The notes: generated by a model not told the origin, from the sequence alone. A stretch of DNA of 43,352 nucleotides from Neocallimastix sp. 'constans' (GCA_050613775.1 JBODTK010000134.1:434001-477352), one strand, 5' to 3'; positions 1 through 10,553 are shown, numbered from the stretch's first letter. Translations and numbers: made by a program.

Positions 1-723
1 CTATAAACTTTTTATTTAATTTGTTTTTACTCAAATTGAATAAGTGCTAATTTATTATTGATTTATTATTATTTTATTATTAATACTATTAATTATATAT
101 TTACTATTTAATTTTATGACTATTAAACTATACTAAAATTAAACTAAACTAAAATTATTAAAATATTTTATTATTAAATTTTAAGTTTTTTAAAAATTAA
201 TTTACAGATCGTAAAAATGTAAATTTATTATTAATTTGTATAAATCAATTCATTTCATAAATTAATATATTTTATATTTTACATAATTTATTGTATTAGC
301 ATTACTTTGTAAACGTGAATTACAATAAATTAATGTGCTAAAGATATTGACCATATCTTTACACTGTAAAGATTTAATAAAATCTTTAATAATTAATTAT
401 TACATAATTAATTAATGTAATAAAATAACATAAATTTATGATTTACGTATATGAAAATTAATTATAAATTTATGTAAACTTTTCATAAAGGATAAATTAT
501 TATTTAAATAATTTATCAAAATTGTTCCAGAGGTCCAGAATATGCCTGTAACACCGATCGTGTTTATGTCTAATGTACTGCTGGAGATAATACATAGGAT
601 TTGTTTCTATTTTTCTTTATATAAAAATATATAATTTATCGATGAATACTATTAGATATACAATTATTAGGAATAACATTTTATATATTTAAATATTATA
701 TTATATATATAAATATAATAGAT

Positions 724-1278
724 TTTAATTAAACAATAATGTATGATACATTTTTAATTTGTTTTAATTAAATATAAAATATATATAAATTAATGTACAA
801 TAATTAAAAAAAAAATTTTTTTTTTATATTATAAAGTATTATAAAGTATATATATATATCATAAATATAAAAATTATTAATCACTTCAATAATATAATTA
901 TACTACTAATAATAATAATCAATTTAAATAATGAAAAGTGGAAAAGTATACCGCTTTTATTTTGGAAAAATAAAAAAAAAAAAAAAAAAAAAAAAAAACG
1001 AAAAAAAAAAAAAAGAAATAAAAGATAGTGAAATAAAAAATATAAAAAAATATATTTTTGTTTTAATTTTATTATTTTAATTTTAATTATTGTTATTATT
1101 ATTAATATTATCATTATTAATGATATTATTATTTACTATTATTATTATTATCATTATTATTATTATTATTATTATTTATTAAATAACTTTTTTTTTTTTT
1201 TGAAATTTAAATACTATTTTACAGTTATCCTTCAATATATATATATATATATATATATTAATTTACAAAGCTAAGCTA

Positions 1279-1322
<44 letters not shown>

Positions 1323-1882
1323 CTAAGTAAAAGATGGATAATTAATCAATAATGATTCCAAAATATATATATATAAATATATATATATAATATATAAAAA
1401 TAAACAATTTTATTAATTTTTTGTTTTTAATGATGCAATAATTATCTATTCATATTACACTATGTATATATTAATATATTATCATCAAATATATAGATTA
1501 TACAGTTTATGTTAACTAATAGAAATGTATTTTTTTTGTATCCATAAAACGACGAATATAAAAGTTGGTAGATTTGAATTCCTCATGATAAAGTTAGAAT
1601 GTATATTTTATTTATTAAATATTTATTCTTTTATTTTATTAAATAATTTGAATTCATGATTTATAATTAATATAATATATTTTACTATTAATATTATGAT
1701 TAATATATGTTTACAAATAAATAAATTAAAGTTTTACATATAATAATATAATAATAATAAAAGATTAAAATTTTTTTTTAAAAAAAAAAAAAATAAAAAT
1801 AAGCTTAGTTCATACAATTTAAAATAAATATTTAATTTTATACATATTATATTATTTTAGACATTATGATAAATTTATAGTT
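724..1882. repeat. Copy 1 of ~1.1 kb diverged direct duplication (copy 2 at ~4344-5329)
   Basis: Shared ordered anchors: ttaattaaacaataatgtatgatacattttt (725/4346), gaaaagtggaaa(a)gtataccgctttta (933/4618), gctaagc-An-gactaag (1275/4929), aatgatgcaataattatctattcatattaca (1429/5033), acattatg..aaattt(t)atagtt (1861/5307). Boundaries approximate. Confidence 0.85.
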
Positions 1883-2290
1883 GAGCTTTTGGTAGTCTCT
1901 AATTTTCTCAAATTTATTTTTCTTATAAGTCTTTACCTTGATTGATTTGCCACAATAGTTATTACAATCTGATAGATATCCCTTTTTATGTTATAGAAAC
2001 TATCAATGGATTATTCACTGATTCAGAAAAATCACCAAACCAAGTGCGATTGATTAAAGCTTTGAGACAATTTAAATCTATATTAAATATTATTTTATTA
2101 TGTTCATCAGATTCTTCTGAATCATCTTTATCAGGAACCAAAATATTGAAGAATTTCATTGGAATCCCATCAGGGACCACATGCTTTATAGTTAGGGGTA
2201 GATGAGATTACCTAATTAATTTTTTTCATTCTGAATCGCTTATATCTTGGTTAATTCCCCTTATTATTACATTCTATTTACTTAAAGTCA
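1866..2290 (-). pseudogene. Unidentified degenerate coding fragment
   Basis: GC-richer than flanks. Minus frame reads LPLTIKHVVPDGIPMKFFNILVPDKDD...NRTWFGDFSES, then is interrupted by stops. Family not recognised. Confidence 0.3.
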
Positions 2291-2318
2291 GAAATTGTTA
2301 ATTGATAATTGATAATTT

Positions 2319-2367
<49 letters not shown>

Positions 2368-2441
2368 ATCTTCATATTTATTCTCACTAATTCACTATTA
2401 AAACAATTCTTCATTTATATATATATATATTAATTTTTTTT

Positions 2442-2473
<32 letters not shown>

Positions 2474-2829
2474 TTATTATGATTTTTGTAATTAAAAGAT
2501 CTTTATGGAATATAAATTTTTTCTCTGTTTTATTCATTTATTATTATTATTTATTTATTATTATTATTTATTTATTATTATTATTTAATATTTTCAAATA
2601 ATTTTTTTTTTTATTTAAAAAAAAATTAACGTTTTTTATTAATTTTAATAATAAAAATATTTATATAATTATATATATATATATATATTTTAATTTAGTT
2701 TTTTATTTATTATTAATTTGTTTTTATTTATTTTTTGATAATATTTCTTTTGGATTAAAAAAAAATTGTATATTTATTATATACTTTTGATTTTGGTTTG
2801 TTTGTTTGTTTATTGATATTAAAAACTCT

Positions 2830-3357
2830 TTAGAAACCAATAGCACTTAACCATTTATTAACCATTTCCTTAGAGCCATCTACTCTATTACCTTGAATTT
2901 CAATACCCTTTAAGAATTTAGCACCCTTCATCTTTCTCTTAAGGCTATTAAATGTATTACTATTTCCACTACCTTCATGAGTACAGAATGGAATAACTGT
3001 TTTACCTTCAAAGTTTAATTTTTCAATAAACGTATAAGCTGGCATTGGTAAATCTCCCCACCAAATTGGATATCCAAAGAAAATTGTATCATAATTATCT
3101 AAATTTTCTAATTGATTAGCAACAGCTGGTCTAGCTCCTTGATTCTTTTCTTCTAATGCTTGGTCACAACATTGCTTATAACCCTTTGGATATGGCTTAG
3201 CTGGTTCAATATGATGTTTATCTGCATGAGTATACTCAATAATCATATCACCCAATCTTTCAGTATTACCAACTTCAAGTTGAACAGATGGATAATTTTC
3301 ATCAGCTCTAGAGTAAGTAATAACAATTTTTCTAGAATCTTTAAATAATAAAGACAT
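2830..3357 (-). CDS. Flavodoxin, bacterial type (Flavodoxin_4-like), intronless, 175 aa
   Basis: YSRADENY...GNT phosphate-binding region, IEPAKPYP..Y, ARP, YDTIFFGYPIWWGDLP, GKTVIPFCTHEGSG. Complete ATG..TAA. Confidence 0.93.
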   Translation of the reverse strand: MSLLFKDSRKIVITYSRADENYPSVQLEVGNTERLGDMIIEYTHADKHHIEPAKPYPKGYKQCCDQALEEKNQGARPAVANQLENLDNYDTIFFGYPIWWGDLPMPAYTFIEKLNFEGKTVIPFCTHEGSGNSNTFNSLKRKMKGAKFLKGIEIQGNRVDGSKEMVNKWLSAIGF

Positions 3358-4343
3358 ATTTGAGTAAAAAAATTTTGATAAAGAATGATTAATATTAAGT
3401 TTGCTTAGTGCTTTATTTATTTATTTATTTATTATATAATTATTTTATTATTATTATTATTATTATAATTTGCAACGATTTTTATATTGTTAATGTTTTA
3501 TTTTTTTTATTTATTTTAATTAAATTTATATAAGGTTGGTATATTATCATTTAGTAAAAAATATTATTATAAATAGAATATTATTTTTAATAACTTTTTT
3601 TATTTTTAAATATATTAATTAAAAAAAAAATAAAATAAAATAAATATAAATAAATTATATAAATAACTATTAATCTTGACTATTTTTTTATTTATTTATT
3701 AATTTTCCATTCTTTTTTTTATTCTTTTTCTTTATTCTTTATTCTTTATTCTTTATTCTTTTTCCTTTTTTTTTTTTTTTTTTAATTATCAATTTCTATA
3801 TTTTGATTATTTTTACTTATTTTAATCATATATAAAACTAAATAAATATTAAATAAATAATCTACCAATTATTCATTAAATAACTTTTATATAATAAAAT
3901 TTTAAATTTTAATATAAAATAAATAAATTATTTATTATTCTTAAAAAAATACTAAATACTTAATATATATTTAATTCAAAAAAAAAAATAATAATAATAA
4001 TTAATTTATTAAATTATCCTACCTTTAAGAGACATTTTGTAATTTAAAATATTTTAGTTAATTAAGAAGTAAAAAAAAATTTATTCCTTTTGTTATGTTT
4101 AAAGAAGATATTAACTAATATTTATATTAAAATATGTAAAATAGGTTAAATTTCAATTTATTTAAAATTTATTCAATTATTTTAAATTTAAAAAATTAAT
4201 TAAAAAATATGAAAAAAAAAAAAATTTTTTTATTGTATAATATATATATTATTAATTATAGCCTGTTAATTAAATTAAAATATGTATATAAATATATAAA
4301 TAAATATATGTATAAATATATAAATATATAAAATGAAATACTT

Positions 4344-5162
4344 TTTTAATTAAACAATAATGTATGATACATTTTTAATTTGTTTTGATTAAATATAAAT
4401 TATATATAAAATATATATGAAATATATATATTATATATAAATTAATGTATTAAAAATGTACAATAATTAATTGAAAAAAAATTTTTTTTCAATTAAACCT
4501 TTTTTTTTTTTAAATTATTAAATATATTTATATAACATTAATTATATATAAAAATTATTCAATTATTAATCAATACGTAATATAATTATACTAATAATAA
4601 TAATCATTTTAAATAAGGAAAAGTGGAAAGTATACCGCTTTTATTTTGGAAAAATAGAAATAAAGAAAAAAAAAAAATTAAATGAAATAAAATATAGTAA
4701 AATAAAAGATATAAAAATATATATTTTTATTTTTATTTTATTATTATTATTATTTTAATTATTGTTATTATTATTATTATTTATATTACATTATTAATGA
4801 TATTATTATTTACTATTATTATTATTACTGTTATCATTTATTAAATAGCATTTATTATTCTTGAAATTTAAATATTATTTTACAAGTTATCCTTTAATAT
4901 ACATATATAATTAATTAACAAAACTATGCTAAGCAAAAAAAATAAAAGACTAAGATGAACATTTAATCAATGATTCCAAAATATATATATATAATATATA
5001 ACAATAAATGATTTTATTTATTTTTTGATTTTAATGATGCAATAATTATCTATTCATATTACATTATGTATATATTAATATATCATAATATATCATCATC
5101 AAATATATGTATACAGATAAATTAAAGTTTTACATATAATAATATAATAATAATATATGATT

Positions 5163-5193
<31 letters not shown>

Positions 5194-5329
5194 TAAGTTT
5201 AATTCAAACATTTTAAAATAAAAAAAAAATAAATAAATAATTAAATAAATTTATTTCACACATTCTAAAATAAATATTGAATATTATACATATTTTATTA
5301 TTTTATACATTATGTCAAATTTTATAGTT
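4344..5329. repeat. Copy 2 of ~1.1 kb direct duplication; lacks the ~1495-1720 segment of copy 1
   Basis: Same anchors as copy 1. Jumps from ...catcaaatatat to ataaattaaagttttacata at ~5110. Confidence 0.85.
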
Positions 5330-5833
5330 AATCTTTTTTATTTTAAAAAAAAAATTATATGTAAATATATTAATAAAAAAGTATTATTAAAAAATAAAAT
5401 AATAATAAGAAAATTGAAATTTGATCAGATCAATTTTGTTCTATAATTAAAATATATATATAATTCAAATTACATTTTAAAAACTTTTAAAAAAAATTTT
5501 TTTTCCATTGGCTTTTAAATACAATATAAACATTTTATAATTTTTTTCATCATATTATATTTATTTTGTTATTATTTAAAAATACATGATGTATAATATA
5601 TATAATGATAATATATTTTTTATCTTTTTTTTTTTTTTAAAAAAAAAAATAATAATTATATATATATATATATACTAAATAAATTATATTTTATAATACA
5701 TATATATATTAATAAAACTGTAACAATAATTATATAAGAACAATCTTAAAATAATGAAAATATATATGAAAAATATATTTTTATTTTTTTATAATATGAA
5801 ACAATTAAAAAGTATATTGCCATACATAATATA

Positions 5834-6123
5834 TTTTAATAAGCCCAACTAATAATGCTCAGTGATGTACGAAAATATTTTAATATAAACTTTATTTAAT
5901 AGAGAAATTTATTATTTATCTGAAATAATAAATTTAATTACACAAAAAATTTATTTTGTTTACTTTTTTTATTTATTAAAACAATTATTATGAATATAAC
6001 ACACCTTCTTGTTATTTTTTTTAAAATAAAAAATTTTCCCCTTTTTTTTTTTTTTTTTTTTTTTAAAAATCCTAAACTACTCTCTTAAAAAAAATAAAAT
6101 TATTTTTATTTTTTTTTTATTTT

Positions 6124-6183
<60 letters not shown>

Positions 6184-6209
6184 TCATACTATATTTGCAT
6201 TAATGACTA

Positions 6210-6249
<40 letters not shown>

Positions 6250-6467
6250 TCTTTTTTTTTTTTAATATTGTTATATTAACATACTCTTCTGTTTACTTCC
6301 TTTTATTGGAAGGGCTCTTTAAATTAATTTAATATAAATCAATATTTAATTTAATTAATATTAGATAATAATTTTAAGAAGATTATGTAATAATAATTTC
6401 ATACATTCGTACGAAAAAAAAATTTTTGTAATTTTGATGAAAGGAATTTTAGTTTGAAAATCTAACA
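5834..6467 (-). repeat. 3' LTR of element A (TGTTAGAT...GGGCTTATTAAAA)
   Basis: Begins with TG directly after the PPT. Reverse complement aligns along its length with 9131-9732. Confidence 0.88.
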
Positions 6468-6517
6468 CTCCCCCCTCAAAGTGAAATTACTTTAAGCAAA
6501 ATAACAAAAAACTAAAA

Positions 6518-7339
6518 TTAGTAATAGAAAGTGTTGTCAATAAAATAATTAAAAGATTCCTTGTTGATTTTTTTTGTTAAGATATCAGCAAGCATATTAT
6601 TAGAATTAATGTGTGAAATATTAATGAAATCTTCTTTCATATAATCCATGACAAATGAATAATCTATATCAAAATGTCTTGATGAGTTTGTTCTTTTTTC
6701 ATTAGTTAATATTTTAATATTACTAAGGTTATCACAATATATTTGGAATAATAAAACTTTTCCTTCAATTTCTTTATTTAAGTTATTTAGCCAAATGATT
6801 TTTTCAATCAAATCGGCAGTTGCATTAAATTCAGCTTCAGTTGTACTTCTTGCAGTGAATTTCTGTTTTTTTGATTTCCAACAGATTGGGACGCATCCAA
6901 TATCGGTAGTTGATTTCGCCCCATAATCATTATTCTTTGGTCCAAAGCTAGCATCTAAATATGCAACTATGTCTTCTTTATTATCAAATTTTAGAAAGTA
7001 ATTTTTTGTTTTATTTAAGTATAATAAAACATTTATTATCATTTTCCAATCCCTTACAGTAGGATTATTCCTTCTGGTAGATAATTTACTAATTGTTTCA
7101 CTAATATCAGGTCTTGTACATCTTGCTAAGTGTATTAGTGACCCTATAGCTGATCTATATTTAGTAGGATCAATTTCAATATTGTTCTTCTCATTATCAG
7201 ATATTTCCGAGTAAGGGTTGTCCTTTTCTCCAGTAATATTATATTCATCTAGTTTGTTTTGAATATACTTGGATTGATCCATAGTGTATTCTCCTTCAGT
7301 TGTTTTTGTAATTTTTATACCTAAGATATAGTTAATTTC
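6518..7339 (-). pseudogene. Copia pol fragment: RT thumb region plus RNase H (open frame, 5' truncated)
   Basis: ORF 6518..7282 extends upstream in frame to 7339. RNase_HI_RT_Ty1-type motifs YLDASF, WKSKKQ, STTEAE, YCDN, ADILTK. Confidence 0.9.
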
Positions 7340-7347
7340 AAAAAAAA

Positions 7348-7387
<40 letters not shown>

Positions 7388-7417
7388 TTAATTAGTCATT
7401 AATACAAATATAGTATG

Positions 7418-7489
<72 letters not shown>

Positions 7490-7735
7490 AAAATAATTTT
7501 ATATTTTTTTAAGAGAGTTTAGTTTAGGATTTTAAAAAAAAAAAAAAAAAAAAAGGGAAAAATTTTTATTTTCAAAATGGTATTTTAAATAAATAAAAAA
7601 GTAAACAAAAGAAAAATTTTCATTTTAGTGTAAATCAATTTATTATTTTAATAAATAATAAATTTTATAATAAATAAAGTTTATATAAAATTATTTTTGT
7701 ACGAATTGAGCTATTATAGCCAGGCTTATCTAAAA
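7340..7735 (+). repeat. 5' LTR of element B, missing the first ~204 bp (likely U3)
   Basis: Matches 9335-9732. The 9131-9334 portion is absent. Confidence 0.88.
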
Positions 7736-7749
7736 GATTAAGAGTCTCA
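7736..7749 (+). promoter_or_regulatory. Primer-binding site complementary to the tRNA-Lys(CUU) anticodon arm
   Basis: GATTAAGAGTCTCA is the reverse complement of TGAGA-CT-CTT-AA-TC (tRNA positions ~27-40). It abuts the LTR end. Confidence 0.8.
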
Positions 7750-7832
7750 GCCATACAAAAATAATTATAATAAACATAAAATAAAACAAATTCTAATAAA
7801 AAAGATATTTATCATTGCAATTAAACATAAAA

Positions 7833-9080
7833 ATGGATAGAATAATCCTTAATGAATTAAACTATAAAATATGGAACCATTTTATAATGAGCAAGTTAGA
7901 AGATGCTAACCTTGGTCATACCATTGTTTCAAATAATAATGCTACTGAAGAAACAGAAGAAAAAACGTTAAATTTAAAAACTGTAACAGCAAAAGATGAT
8001 AGTAAAGCCAGAAGAATTATATACCTTCACATAAGTGAAGATACATGGGAAAATGTGGATGATATTGATACAGCCTTTGAATTATGGGATTATTTAAAGG
8101 CTCGTTATTCTGAAACTGAAGAAGAAGAATCTACTACTTTTGATGGAGAAACTTCAACTGAAAAATTTACTACCCTTGATGGAAAAATTTCAACTAAAGA
8201 AACCACTACTACTATAGAAACCATTGCAGCTAATGAAAAAGAATATAAAAAAGTAAAAGAGGAAGAAGAATCTACTACTTTTGATGGAGAAACTTCAACT
8301 GAAAAATTTACTACCCTTGATGGAAAAATTTCAACTAAAGAAACCAATACTACTGCAGAAACCATTGCAGCTAATGAAAAAGAATATGAAAAAGTAAAAG
8401 AGGAAGAAGAATCTACTACTTTTGATGGAGAAACTTCTACTGAAAAATTTACTACCCTTGATGGAAAAATTTCAACTAAAGAAACCACTATTACTGCAGA
8501 AACCATTGCAGCTAATGAAAAGGAATATGAAAAAGTAAAAGAGGAAGAAGAAGAAAATGAAACTACTACTCTTAATAATGAAGTTCCAACTGAAGCTACT
8601 AATAAGGAATCATTTTTGATTGAAGAAAAAACTAAATATTCTATAATAGAGAAAAACGAAAACAAGTTATTAATTAACAATAGTTTAAGAGAACCTGGTA
8701 ATGATAATTTAAATAAAATTGTATATTTAGATATAAATTTTGAACTAAAGGATAATGATGATAATGCAAAATCAACCAGTAGGCAAAAAATGTACATAGG
8801 AAGTGCACCTATTCATCGGAAATCAAAAAGACGAAAATCCATAGCTAGAAGCACTAATGAAACTATATTTAATATAACAACTGACTTTATTAAAAGATTT
8901 ATATGGTTAAACAATTCAAAAAGGGGAATAGGCGATTTCGCACTTGTAATGAATAATATAAAGAAGGTATTTATTAATGTTCCACACATTAATTCTAATA
9001 ATATGCTTGCTGATATCTTAACAAAAAAAATCAACAAGGAATCTTTTAATTATTTTATTGACAACACTTTCTATTACTAA
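7833..9080 (+). CDS. Chimeric 415-aa protein: copia Gag N-terminus, 3x47-aa E/T/S-rich repeat, degenerate RNase H
   Basis: ATG at 7833. LNELNYKIW..M..L / DSKARRIIYLHISE..TAFELWDYLKARY is the copia Gag (UBN2-type) pattern. C-terminus aligns to the RNase H of element A and ends ADILTK...FYY*. Confidence 0.82.
   Translation: MDRIILNELNYKIWNHFIMSKLEDANLGHTIVSNNNATEETEEKTLNLKTVTAKDDSKARRIIYLHISEDTWENVDDIDTAFELWDYLKARYSETEEEESTTFDGETSTEKFTTLDGKISTKETTTTIETIAANEKEYKKVKEEEESTTFDGETSTEKFTTLDGKISTKETNTTAETIAANEKEYEKVKEEEESTTFDGETSTEKFTTLDGKISTKETTITAETIAANEKEYEKVKEEEEENETTTLNNEVPTEATNKESFLIEEKTKYSIIEKNENKLLINNSLREPGNDNLNKIVYLDINFELKDNDDNAKSTSRQKMYIGSAPIHRKSKRRKSIARSTNETIFNITTDFIKRFIWLNNSKRGIGDFALVMNNIKKVFINVPHINSNNMLADILTKKINKESFNYFIDNTFYY
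8118..8552 (+). repeat. Coding tandem repeat, 141 bp x 3
   Basis: tctactacttttgatggagaa starts at 8130, 8271 and 8412 (spacing 141). Confidence 0.97.
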
Positions 9081-9130
9081 TTTTAGTTTTTTGTTATTTT
9101 GCTTAAAGTAATTTCACTTTGAGGGGGGAG

Positions 9131-9339
9131 TGTTAGATTTTCAAACTAAAATTCCTTTCATCAAAATTACAAAAATTTTTTTTTCGTACGAATGTATGAA
9201 ATTATTATTACATAATCTTCTTAAAATTATTATCTAATATTAATTAAATTAAATATTGATTTATATTAAATTAATTTAAAGAGCCCTTCCAATAAAAGGA
9301 AGTAAACAGAAGAGTATGTTAATATAACAATATTAAAAA

Positions 9340-9372
<33 letters not shown>

Positions 9373-9401
9373 TAATTAGTCATTAATACAAATATAGTAT
9401 G

Positions 9402-9483
<82 letters not shown>

Positions 9484-9732
9484 AAAATAAAAATAATTTT
9501 ATATTTTTTTAAGAGAGTTTAGTTTAGGATTTTAAAAAAAAAAAAAAAAAAGGGAAAAATTTTTATTTTCAAAATGGTATTTTAAATAAATAAAAAAGTA
9601 AACAAAAGAAAAATTTTCATTTTAGTGTAAATCAATTTATTATTTTAATAAATAATAAATTTTATAATAAATAAAGTTTATATAAAATTATTTTTGTACG
9701 AATTGAGCTATTATAGCCAGGCTTATCTAAAA
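9131..9732 (+). repeat. 3' LTR of element B (TGTTAGAT...ATCTAAAA)
   Basis: Starts after the PPT at 9121-9130. Ends where homology with the 5' LTR stops. Confidence 0.9.
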
Positions 9733-10312
9733 ATATATTATATATTTTATTAAATAAAATTCAATAATTAAAATATATATAATATATATTTATATATTTA
9801 ATTTATAAATATGAACTTTAAGAAAAAAAAAATTTTTTTAATGTACTGTTAATAATTTAAAATAGTATATATAAAATTTGTACTACTCTCTATTTATATA
9901 TATAAATTTATGAATTTTTTTTTTTTTACGAAATATCTAATTTTATGTGAGAAAACTTAGCAGTATTCTAGTATTAAGCATACTGACTATACGAACATGA
10001 AGTATGTGTCTACACAACAACGTAGTATTAAACAAATGGAAATTATTGATGAGAAAGAATACAGTTTTTTTTTTTTTTTATTACTTTAATATAAATGATG
10101 TTCAAAAGATAAAAAAAATACATTTGTTTTTACTTACATATTTATGCTGCAATTTTAAAATATTATAACTATATCATAAACATATATATATATACTAAAT
10201 TTACTTTATATGCTATTTTTATATCATATATATATATAAATATTCATATGAACATTATATATATACCTTCATGTCTCATTATATATATACTATTTTATAC
10301 TTTTTATGCTAC

Positions 10313-10553
<241 letters not shown>

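Larger units (their letters stand above)
5834..7339 (-). mobile_element. Ty1/copia element A: 3' fragment (RT C-terminus, RNase H, PPT, full 3' LTR), truncated inside RT at 7339
   Basis: Minus frame EINYILGIKITK..MDQSKY..YRSAIGSLIHLARCTRPDI..YCDN..RHFDI..ADILTK. PPT GAGGGGGGAG at 6477-6468. LTR 6467-5834. Confidence 0.93.
7340..9732 (+). mobile_element. Non-autonomous copia-derived LTR element B (partial 5' LTR, PBS, single ORF, PPT, 3' LTR)
   Basis: Direct repeats 7340-7735 and 9335-9732 appear identical except for run lengths. PBS 7736-7749, PPT GAGGGGGGAG 9121-9130. No protease, integrase or RT motifs. Confidence 0.9.

Noticed and set aside
8118..8552. CRISPR-like periodicity
   Set aside because: Units are contiguous, near-identical and in coding frame. 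There are no unique spacers, no cas genes, and the context is eukaryotic.
8105..9037. Antisense ORFs 8105..8797 and 8813..9037
   Set aside because: Shadow frames of the repeat-rich plus-strand ORF with no independent motif.
5834..9732. DIRS-type element or DNA transposon with long inverted terminal repeats
   Set aside because: Each arm is an ordinary copia LTR preceded by a PPT and RNase H. No tyrosine recombinase or transposase motifs.
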